A stretch of 32,000 nucleotides of DNA, taken from Halomicronema hongdechloris C2206 (lineage in GTDB: Bacteria > Cyanobacteriota > Cyanobacteriia > Phormidesmidales > Phormidesmidaceae). A model generated the notes under the pieces. That model was not told the DNA's origin. It ran no database searches and was given only the letters and a program-made list of their open reading frames with translations. The stretch is taken from the NCBI RefSeq assembly GCF_002075285.3, contig NZ_CP021983.2, forward strand, positions 1,050,001-1,082,000, written 5' to 3'. Of the stretch, positions 1 to 7,983 are shown piece by piece. Both the position numbers and the translations under genes were made by a program. Numbering within the stretch: position 1 is the stretch's first letter; each line of letters starts with the position of its first letter.

Positions 1-85
1 TCAGCCGTCGCAGCGTACGAATGATATGAGAGGAGTGATTATCTTCACCGTGGCCATTGCTGATGAACAGAATTCGCTGAGGCAT
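1..85 (-). CDS. 5' end of a conserved hypothetical, LpxB-related glycosyltransferase-like protein (partial, runs off the window)
   Basis: The ATG at 85..83 (minus) opens MPQRILFISNGHGEDNHSSHIIRTLRRL. I associate the SNGHGED N-terminal signature with a cyanobacterial lipid-A-disaccharide-synthase-related family. Only 28 codons are visible. The supplied ORF 1..189 is in a different frame and does not look protein-like. Confidence 0.3.
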   Translation of the reverse strand, partial: MPQRILFISNGHGEDNHSSHIIRTLRRL

Positions 86-426
86 GATGAGCCTGTATCC
101 GGATCGCGTATTCGGGCATCAACCCTATCCCAGCCCAGACCTAGGGGGGTACCTAGAAAAAGTGGCCGATCTTGAGCTGAACTCGGCATAGATGCCCAAA
201 GGTTAGTGTATCGCCTGTGGGTCCGCTGCCTTCTTTAGGAACGGGTGGGAATGGGTGGCAATGGCTTTAGATCAAGCTCGACAATGATACTTTAAGTCTG
301 AAGAGTTAGACCCTGTCGCCAATCGATTTGATGAATGAGGACAACTGGCCCGTGTGTTTCGGCATGCAGCCAAAGCGGTCGTCAAACGGAAAGTGTACTA
401 GTTCAAAGGTTGCCTGCAGGGATTCT

Positions 427-2616
427 CTAACGCTGCTGATAGCGATCTAACAACTCTTGAACATCTTCACTGGGTGTGTAGTTGTAGCCAAAGGCCGATT
501 GATCAGAGTCATCTAAGATCTGAGGCGTCAACAGTACAATCAATTCACTACGTTCACTCTCGCGGCGAGTACTACGGAACAGGGCTCCCAATAGGGGTAA
601 ATCTCCCAGGATAGGAACTTTAGTCACAGTGGAGCGATCAGATTCCCGGATAATCCCAGACAAGAGCAGAGTCTGCCCGTCGCGAACTCGCACTACCCCA
701 GATTCTAATTGACGCTCCGACAGCAACGTGACAAAGGTGTTGCCACCGGTATTGAAGATTTCAATCGGTGAAGAAATGCTGGGGGCAACGGACAAGGAAA
801 CGAAGCCATTGTCATCAATTTTATCGATCTCAATGGACAGCACTAGCCCCGCCTCGGTGGTTTCCGGCTCAAGGACGACGACGCTGTCATCACCAATGGC
901 GACAACACTCTGGGTCACCCGTTCGACCACAGTCTCGGTAAGCGCAACTGTTGCGGTTTGACCTTCTTGAACGATTAATGTCGGATCTGTCAGGATTTTG
1001 GCGTTGCCATTTTGAACGGTAGCTGTCAATTGGGCCAAAAATGTACTGGCAATGCTAAACAACCCCCCACCACCAGGACCTACAGGTAGGAACGGTACGG
1101 TGCCGGGTACGGTTGTCCTACCGGTGGAGGGACTGTTGGCACCAAAGTTGATCACCCCGATGCCGCCGGTATTGGTCACACTGGTATCGTCTACTGAAAA
1201 GGAGAAGCTGGTGCCAAAGGCATCAATGGCATTCAGGTCTATATCAATGACACGGACATTGACGGCCACTTGGCGGCGGCGCAGATCGATGCGAGTCAGT
1301 TGTTCGGTAGCGATATTTAAAAGTTGTGGGGAACCGACTAAGGTGAGGGAGTTGGTTCTCAAATCGGCAATAACCTGAAGCCCTCGCAGAATAGGCTGGC
1401 TATCTTCATAGTCAATGCGTTGGTTTTCTAACTGTTCGACCACCGTAGTCTCGGTGCTGGTAATGGGCTCAATTCCTTCACCGACTTCGACGGCACTGAC
1501 ACTGGTTACCTGGCGCTCTCGGCTGACTTGGCTTTCTGCCCCTAATGCTACTAGGAAGTTAGCAGCCACATCGGCGTCCACTTGATTGAGGCGGACGGTA
1601 CGCACCATCAGATTCTGGGCTGAGGGTGGCAGTTCGGGGCCGGCATAAACCGTTCTGCCGACTCGATTCGCCTTGAGGCCACTGACCCGCAAAACGTGGT
1701 TAAACACGTCTTGCACAGACTCATTTTCAATGTCTAGAGTGATGCCTGGCCCTTCGCCTGATTCGCTTTCTAGGTCGATAAAGACGACGTTGACGCCAAC
1801 AGAGCGAGCCAATAAGGAAAGCACTTCCCGGGAGGGCGCATTCCGTAGTACCAATCGGGGAATGCGCTCGTTACTGCCGAGATCGATGGCGTCAAACCTA
1901 GGCGTTGCCTCGGCAACGGCAATGTCCCCTACCGGAGGAGCTACGGCTCGAGGCTGAAAGGGAGGAGCTTGTTGCAGTTGGGGTTGCTGGGCTGGGGCAC
2001 CGTCGATGGTGATTTCGGGGTCGGGGACTAGGATGTCGGGGGTGGCTTCTGTGGGCTGGGGGCCGGGGTCGGCAGACTCTGGAGGTGTTTCACTCGGAGC
2101 CTCGGGCGTGTCAGGTTCAGCCTGGGCAACTTGTTGACTGGTTTCCGGGGGGGTATCGCTGGGGACTGTCTGGAGTTCCGACGGCACCTGCGTTGGCGTT
2201 TGAGCAACTGCATTGGTATCGACAGAGAAGACCATTGCCTCAGAAGTAGCGGTGTCGATTTCGGCGACTGGCACCCGCGTAGTGCCCTCAATGGTGAGGC
2301 GAACGCTGTTGGCGTCTAGGGCGGTGAGGCTGATCGACTCAATGCCAGGAGCAGGGTTGACCTGATTGAAGGCATTGCCATCGGGCAGTTGGAGCTGGGA
2401 GCGAATGATGTCAGCCCGCAAGGTATTGCCCTGACTGACGGTGAAGACTTCGGCGTCGTCTCCACCGTTGGTCTGTAGGGCAATGCGCACTCCGTTTTCG
2501 GTTTCGGTGAGCTGCACCCCTGTGATGATGGTGGTGGCGGCATGGGCGGGATGGGCTGCTAGGGCGATGAGGGCACCTCCCATCAGCCAACTCTCAAATC
2601 CAATCAGGCGTTTCAC
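427..2616 (-). CDS. pilQ: Type IV pilus secretin PilQ
   Basis: 729-aa ORF with a signal peptide (..LAAHPAHA), an N-terminal AMIN-like domain and a long P/E/T/Q-rich linker. The C-terminal secretin domain includes ..LLLSGIIRESDRSTVTKVPILGDLPLLGALFRS... It is the last gene of a pilM-N-O-Q string. Confidence 0.9.
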   Translation of the reverse strand: MKRLIGFESWLMGGALIALAAHPAHAATTIITGVQLTETENGVRIALQTNGGDDAEVFTVSQGNTLRADIIRSQLQLPDGNAFNQVNPAPGIESISLTALDANSVRLTIEGTTRVPVAEIDTATSEAMVFSVDTNAVAQTPTQVPSELQTVPSDTPPETSQQVAQAEPDTPEAPSETPPESADPGPQPTEATPDILVPDPEITIDGAPAQQPQLQQAPPFQPRAVAPPVGDIAVAEATPRFDAIDLGSNERIPRLVLRNAPSREVLSLLARSVGVNVVFIDLESESGEGPGITLDIENESVQDVFNHVLRVSGLKANRVGRTVYAGPELPPSAQNLMVRTVRLNQVDADVAANFLVALGAESQVSRERQVTSVSAVEVGEGIEPITSTETTVVEQLENQRIDYEDSQPILRGLQVIADLRTNSLTLVGSPQLLNIATEQLTRIDLRRRQVAVNVRVIDIDLNAIDAFGTSFSFSVDDTSVTNTGGIGVINFGANSPSTGRTTVPGTVPFLPVGPGGGGLFSIASTFLAQLTATVQNGNAKILTDPTLIVQEGQTATVALTETVVERVTQSVVAIGDDSVVVLEPETTEAGLVLSIEIDKIDDNGFVSLSVAPSISSPIEIFNTGGNTFVTLLSERQLESGVVRVRDGQTLLLSGIIRESDRSTVTKVPILGDLPLLGALFRSTRRESERSELIVLLTPQILDDSDQSAFGYNYTPSEDVQELLDRYQQR

Positions 2617-2687
2617 AGTTCACTCCTTCATCACGTGCAGAATAAGTCAGGGATTAGAAACAAGGACCATAGCGGGGAAAGCTTTCT

Positions 2688-3602
2688 TTAGCCGCCTTCT
2701 GGCGGAGAGTCTCCTGCGGCCGGTTGCTCTCCTTCAGCTGGCTCGGCTGGCGGCGGCGGTGGGGGTTCTGTGGGATCGACTGTGGGCACCAACACTTCTA
2801 GGGTGAAGCTAGTATTCAAAGGCCGAGCCAACCCTTTGACATCTTCTTCTGTCAACCCCCCTCCTGGCGGGGCAATATCCTGCCGAAAGTCGCGGAGAAT
2901 GACTAAGGGTTCTAGGCGTTCGATATTGCGAATCACGGCCTGGGTTTGCTGAAACAGGGCCTGCATCTCCACGGAGACTTGCTGGCGCTCAAACTTGCCG
3001 TCGAGTTCTGGCCCTAAGCTGCCATCGTTGACAATCCCTGAAGATGAGGGATCGAAGCTCAAAAGCTTCGACTCATAGGCGGTTTCAAAGGCTCGCCGTC
3101 GTTCTGGATCATTGAGGATACGCCCCCGAATGATCGGCACTAGGGGTTCGGGTAGGCCCTGGTTTCGGAGAAATTGCTCGAGCCCAGCCTGGTTAGCGAC
3201 GACGTTAGAGATATTGGCGTTGCTGTTCTTGATCTGTTGGTTGATATCGATCAGCAGGGTGTCTAGGCTCTGAGGATCGCCGAGTAGGCTATAGATTTCA
3301 GCCCGTTGCTGTAGGGCTTGTTGCAGGTTAGCCTGCACTTGCTCGAGTTGCTGGGCGTTGGCCTGTTGCTGGGCTAGCTGTTGCTCTTTTTGCTCGACGG
3401 TTGCCTCTAACTCTGACCGCTGACTCTGGAGGGGGCTGACTAGGTAATTGAAGAGTGCTAAGGCACCGACGACGCCCACCACTGCGATCGCAATTCCCTG
3501 CACCCTAGGGGTAAGCTCGACCCCGAAGGCCACAGGATAGGCCGGGGCCTCCTCAAAGACTTGGTTATCCTCAGCGGGAATGAAATCTCCAGCGGCAGTC
3601 AT
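2688..3602 (-). CDS. pilO: Type IV pilus assembly protein PilO
   Basis: 304 aa with a single N-proximal TM helix (IAIAVVGVVGALALFNYLV), a Q/A-rich coiled coil, a PilO-like C-terminal half and a Pro-rich tail. Its start overlaps the pilN stop in an ATGA (3599..3602), consistent with translational coupling. Confidence 0.75.
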   Translation of the reverse strand: MTAAGDFIPAEDNQVFEEAPAYPVAFGVELTPRVQGIAIAVVGVVGALALFNYLVSPLQSQRSELEATVEQKEQQLAQQQANAQQLEQVQANLQQALQQRAEIYSLLGDPQSLDTLLIDINQQIKNSNANISNVVANQAGLEQFLRNQGLPEPLVPIIRGRILNDPERRRAFETAYESKLLSFDPSSSGIVNDGSLGPELDGKFERQQVSVEMQALFQQTQAVIRNIERLEPLVILRDFRQDIAPPGGGLTEEDVKGLARPLNTSFTLEVLVPTVDPTEPPPPPPAEPAEGEQPAAGDSPPEGG

Positions 3603-4363
3603 GGTTGTAGCACTCCAGTTTCTCGCAGGGCTCGAATCCGACTAACCAGGCCGACGGTTCCCTGGTTGGCCAGTTCTTCCACCAGTTGTGAGGCCGGTAA
3701 TCCGGTCATGTTGGCTTGGATGGTGTAATCCACTAGGAAGGTAAAGCTGCCAGCGGGGGCATTAGGGCAGGTGCCATCTTCCCTCGGTAAGGGTTGATCT
3801 TGACGCTGGGAACTCACCAGCTGAACCGTATTGCTGTCTAACAACCGCGATTGTTGCAACACCAAGACAAAGTCATTAATGTCGTCGAAGGAACAGGCCT
3901 GTCCCATGAGTTCAATCCCCCCTGCTGCCGGAGGACTCTCTTCTCCCTCTGGGGTTTGGCCAGCGGTTTGGCTCATTTCTGTGATTTGCACCCGGGCGGG
4001 GATGCGATCGCGAATATCTTGTAATAGGGCCGACCAGGGCCGAATCTTATTCACCTGGGAGACAATGGCCTGATTTTCGGCCTGTACCAGATCAACTTGG
4101 GCCCGAATACTATTGATTTGCTGCAACTGGTTTTGCAAGGCAGCGATTTCCTGATCAAGCTCAGCATCGCGAGCTTCTAACTGGCGAATTTGATGCTGCA
4201 ATACTGCCCAGTATCCTCCCATCAGAGCAATGGCCGCTAACCCCACCACCAAGCCGATATAGAAGGGGCGACGCTCTCCCGGGGCACCCGCCTGGGCCTG
4301 GGGAGGAAGATCAAAGGGACGCTCTTCCCGATCGTTGAGAAAATTAATGTCTAGGCTATACAT
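3599..4363 (-). CDS. pilN: Type IV pilus assembly protein PilN
   Basis: 254 aa with a short cytoplasmic N-terminus (MYSLDINFLNDRE), a TM helix (FYIGLVVGLAAIALMGGYWAV) and a coiled coil. It sits between pilM and pilO, 3 nt after the pilM stop. Confidence 0.8.
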   Translation of the reverse strand: MYSLDINFLNDREERPFDLPPQAQAGAPGERRPFYIGLVVGLAAIALMGGYWAVLQHQIRQLEARDAELDQEIAALQNQLQQINSIRAQVDLVQAENQAIVSQVNKIRPWSALLQDIRDRIPARVQITEMSQTAGQTPEGEESPPAAGGIELMGQACSFDDINDFVLVLQQSRLLDSNTVQLVSSQRQDQPLPREDGTCPNAPAGSFTFLVDYTIQANMTGLPASQLVEELANQGTVGLVSRIRALRETGVLQP

Positions 4364-4366
4364 GAC

Positions 4367-5467
4367 TTACACCTCCCTGATCCCCAGTCCGATCACCGTT
4401 GCCAATCCCGGACGCTGAGCCATGGGAATCTCCTCGTCCACATCTAATGAGAGGGCTGCAATCGGGTCAATTTGACTAGCTGGCAAACTCAGGCGCTGGG
4501 CAAAGAACTCATCTAACTGACCAATCGAGCCCCCCGGCCCCGCCAGCAACAACTGAGCCACCTCCATGTCTTCTCCCTGATTCAGATAAAAGTCAATGGA
4601 GCGGCGCAACTCATCGGCCAGCTCTCCTAAAATCCTTAACATCGCGGCTGTCCCAGGATTGGTTCCCCCCATTTGGGGCGTCCCCATCGTATCCATAGGC
4701 GTGGTCGGCACCGTCATGCCCTGCAGCAAATCCGTGTTGCGGGACGGTGGTAAATTCATGGCCCGACTCAAGGCGCTCTGAATCTGATAAGTACCAATGG
4801 GCACGGTGCGGGAAAAGTGGGGGATGCCATCCACCACGATGGAAATTTCGGTGCTCTCGAACTCGATATCGACGATGGCCGCTGCCTCTTGAGGGGTGAA
4901 TTGGCGTAACTGCTCCCGGATGGTTCGAATCAGGGCAAAACTACTGGTTTCCAATACATTTAGCCCTAACCCTGCCTGCTGAAAGGCAGACATATAGGCA
5001 TCGGTGACCTCTTTGCGGACGGCCACCAGTAGGACTTGCACCTTCTCGATGCCGTCTTCATCCACGAAGAACCCGAGCTTCTGATAGTCCACATCGGCTT
5101 CTTCCCGAGGGAATGGCAGATATAGGCTGGCTTCTTGGTTAAGCACCATCTCCCGTAATTCCTGCTCATTCAATTCAGATGGCACCGGAATCACGCGGGT
5201 AATAGCCCGTCCAGGGATGGCACTCGTGGCTCGCCGAATCCGCAACTTACTGTCTGCTATCACTGCTTGAATCGCTTCTGCCATGGCAGGAATATCGAGA
5301 ATTTGCCCTTCTTCGAAGACGCCTTCCGATATCGCAATGGAGCTGAAATTGTCCAATTTCAATCTGGATCCCTGCTTGCGAATGCGGGCCACATTGACTC
5401 GCTCTGGCGTTAACTCTACGCCAACGCCAGGTTGTTTTCCAGAGAAGAGAGCTTTTAAGCTATTCAC
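4367..5467 (-). CDS. pilM: Type IV pilus assembly ATPase-fold protein PilM
   Basis: 366-aa actin/FtsA-like protein (..VGVELTPERVNVARI.., ..AAIVDIEFESTEISIVVDG..). It is the first gene of the pilMNOQ operon. Confidence 0.9.
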   Translation of the reverse strand: MNSLKALFSGKQPGVGVELTPERVNVARIRKQGSRLKLDNFSSIAISEGVFEEGQILDIPAMAEAIQAVIADSKLRIRRATSAIPGRAITRVIPVPSELNEQELREMVLNQEASLYLPFPREEADVDYQKLGFFVDEDGIEKVQVLLVAVRKEVTDAYMSAFQQAGLGLNVLETSSFALIRTIREQLRQFTPQEAAAIVDIEFESTEISIVVDGIPHFSRTVPIGTYQIQSALSRAMNLPPSRNTDLLQGMTVPTTPMDTMGTPQMGGTNPGTAAMLRILGELADELRRSIDFYLNQGEDMEVAQLLLAGPGGSIGQLDEFFAQRLSLPASQIDPIAALSLDVDEEIPMAQRPGLATVIGLGIREV

Positions 5468-6465
5468 GGTCGTAGGTATTTACCGATAGAACCATCCATG
5501 TAGAACCAGCGTATGTCTCACTAGAGAGCACCGACTAGAGAGATGAGGCACCACACAAAATGTGCTAACGCATGGTACACAATTTAGGAGAGAATTACCA
5601 CTTTTTAGCGCTAGCAACAAACCTTAAAGCCAACGGGCATGAGCTCGGGCATCTCTCAGCACCGCTAACGGGATCTGAATCGCCACTAAAACCATCTCAG
5701 ATATCTCCTTTGAGATCTGTCTGAGGTTGTTCACAGCCGCAGATTTAGCCCCTTGTCAGCAGCTCACGGCCTAGTATTGGCAATTCGTTGCGAGCACCCT
5801 TTTCGCCTATCCCATGGGAGTGGGATCATTCAAATCGCAGCTTACAGATCGCGGCTTAGGTTAGTCTGTCATACGCATCTATCTAGTGAGTCCATTTTGG
5901 AATTGTTCTACTACCTGGCTCGCGTCAAACTATTTTGGCTCCGAGTTATCGGATTCACCAGCGATGGTACACATAATTGGGAGAATTGATCACAGTTTTT
6001 TGAAAAAAAAGCTAACTTTTTTAGGAATCTCCTAACGGCCTGGTTCTCATCCTCTCGGTGCAGGGCCTGGAAAATTGGCCTGAATAGTGGCTCAAACCCC
6101 TGTCATCACAGGGCTTGACAGTTTGATGCAGATCCTTTGCCAGGTTTGCCTGAAATGCCTACCCCGATCGGAGGAGATCAACGTAAATCAGAAAGACTTG
6201 GGGCTAGTATGCGATCGCAACAGGTGACTAACCGACCATGGGGCCACGATTAATACCAATTCCCGACACTGTCGTTACCGATCCCGCTGTCACCCTGCGG
6301 CACCTCCTCTTGCCTTTAGCGGCGCCTGGCCGAAGGACTCAGGGGAGGTTGGAGAAGTCTAATGTGTACGCATGTCCTGTCTGAGTTGGGGCCAGGAGCC
6401 AGTCGTCAGGAGCCAGAATTCTGTTGTCGCCTACCTCTTGGCTTCTGACTCCTGCATGCTGATTG

Positions 6466-6506
6466 AGCCAGAGATCCCGGTGCACCTCTGGCTGGTTCAA
6501 CTTTTG
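6466..6506 (+). terminator. Terminator/attenuator-like hairpin in the leader of the binding-protein gene
   Basis: AGCCAGAG (6466..6473) pairs perfectly with CTCTGGCT (6486..6493) around a 12-nt loop, followed by GGTTCAACTTTTGCT. It lies about 55 nt upstream of ATG 6548. Confidence 0.3.
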
Positions 6507-6590
6507 CTATAGGCTTATAAAGCATAGATGCTTGGCCCCTGATTGCGATGATGCTGCGATTTTGGAAACGATTTTTCCTGTTCCTTCTGT

Positions 6591-7832
6591 GTGGTCTATG
6601 GCTCAGTTGGCTCGGCAGCTGTAGCGGTGGCTCTGTGGATCAGACCGCGGCCAAGGGGCCAGGAGGTCGAGTTCTGGACCATGCAGTTGCAACCTCAGTT
6701 CACTGAATACTTTAATGATCTGATTGCTCAGTTTGAAGCAGACCATCCTGACATCACGGTGCGATGGGTGGATGTGCCCTGGGCCGATATGCAGAGCAAG
6801 ATTCTGACGGCGGTGTCCGCTGGTACCGCCCCAGATGTGGTGAATCTAAATCCAGATTTTGCCTCGCAGTTGGCGAGTAAAAACGCCTGGTTGCCTCTGG
6901 ATGAGCGGATTCCCGAGGCAGCGAAGCAGCGATATTTGCCGCAGATCTGGCAAGCCAGCACGCTGCAGGGCGATAGCTTTGGCATTCCCTGGTACCTGAC
7001 GGCACGGGTGACGCTTTACAATCAAGAGCTGTTTCGCCAGGCAGGGATAGAGAAAGCCCCTGAGACCTATGGGGAGCTGGCGACGGTTGCCAAGCAGATG
7101 AAGGAAAATACAGGTAAATATGCCTTCTTTATTTCCTTTGTGCCCGACGATGCCGCCGATGTGCTCCAGTCTTTTGTGCAGATGGGAGTTCCCCTTGTCG
7201 ATGAGTCGGGGCGCGCGGCCTTTGACACGCCGGCTGGGGAAGCGGTGTTTCAGTATTGGACAGATCTCTATCGGCAAGAACTGCTGCCGCGGGAGGTATT
7301 GACCCAGGGCCATCGCCGTGCTGTAGAACTCTACCAAGCCGGAGAAACGGCGATTCTGGCGGCTGGGGCTGAGTTTCTTAGCACCATTGAGAAAAATGCG
7401 CCGTCTATTGCCGAGGCCACGGCCAGTGCTCCTCAGATTACCGGGGAGACGGGTAAGAAGAATGTGGCGGTGATGAATCTGATCATTCCCCGCGCTACGG
7501 AGGTGCCCGAGGCGGCCCTGGAGTTTGCCCTGTTTGTCACCAATGATGCCAATCAACTGGCCTTTGCCAAGGCGGCCAATGTGTTGCCATCGACGGTGGA
7601 TGCCTTGCAGGATGCCTATTTTACGCAGGTGCCACCGGATGCCTCGTCGGTGGATGTGGCTCGCTCTGTCAGTGCCGCCCAGATGGCGGATGCGGAGGTG
7701 TTGATCCCGGCTATGGAAGATGTGAAGGAGTTACAGCAGATCATCTACGACAACCTGCAGGCGGCCATGTTGGGCCAGAAACCAGTGGCTGAGGCGGTGA
7801 GTGATGCCGCCAGTCAGTGGAATGCTCGTTAG
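6591..7832 (+). CDS. ABC transporter extracellular solute-binding protein (family 1, sugar-type); probable true start ATG 6548 with a 1-nt frame break near 6655..6658
   Basis: The mature domain ..QEVEFWTMQLQPQFTEYFNDLIAQFEADHPDITVRWVDVPWADMQSKILTAVSAGTAPDVVNLNP.. is typical of sugar SBPs. A canonical lipoprotein signal peptide (MMLRFWKRFFLFLLCGLWLSWLGSC) is encoded from 6548 in the neighbouring frame. No permease or ATPase genes are adjacent. Confidence 0.85.
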   Translation: MVYGSVGSAAVAVALWIRPRPRGQEVEFWTMQLQPQFTEYFNDLIAQFEADHPDITVRWVDVPWADMQSKILTAVSAGTAPDVVNLNPDFASQLASKNAWLPLDERIPEAAKQRYLPQIWQASTLQGDSFGIPWYLTARVTLYNQELFRQAGIEKAPETYGELATVAKQMKENTGKYAFFISFVPDDAADVLQSFVQMGVPLVDESGRAAFDTPAGEAVFQYWTDLYRQELLPREVLTQGHRRAVELYQAGETAILAAGAEFLSTIEKNAPSIAEATASAPQITGETGKKNVAVMNLIIPRATEVPEAALEFALFVTNDANQLAFAKAANVLPSTVDALQDAYFTQVPPDASSVDVARSVSAAQMADAEVLIPAMEDVKELQQIIYDNLQAAMLGQKPVAEAVSDAASQWNAR

Positions 7833-7983
7833 GCCTATGGCTGGCAGCAGTCATTGGGAAGTGAGGCGCTGATGGTGGCGGCTAAAGAAATCACCAATTA
7901 GATAGAGGGAGCCGCAGAGCACCCTCAGAGGGGTGGGGTTGGCGGTGATGGCTCTCAGTCCCTGGTCTAGATCTGGGTGAATT

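Noticed and set aside
1-189. The supplied 62-aa ORF on the minus strand at the left edge
   Set aside because: The sequence is not protein-like. A different frame starting at 85 gives a recognisable conserved N-terminus (ILFISNGHGED), so I called that frame instead, at low confidence.
5753-5989. A 78-aa ORF inside the long pilM/SBP spacer
   Set aside because: It has an alternative start codon, no ribosome-binding site, an odd composition (Cys/His/Arg/Leu-rich) and no motif. I treat the region as noncoding.
6846-7556. A 236-aa ORF antisense to the binding-protein gene. There are similar long shadow ORFs elsewhere, for example 11105..11740, 16098..16541, 20089..20571, 23608..23985 and 26926..27456.
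   Set aside because: They lie entirely inside, and antisense or out of frame to, genes with strong family signatures. They are Arg/Pro/Gly/Ser-rich, as expected for shadow frames in GC-rich DNA.
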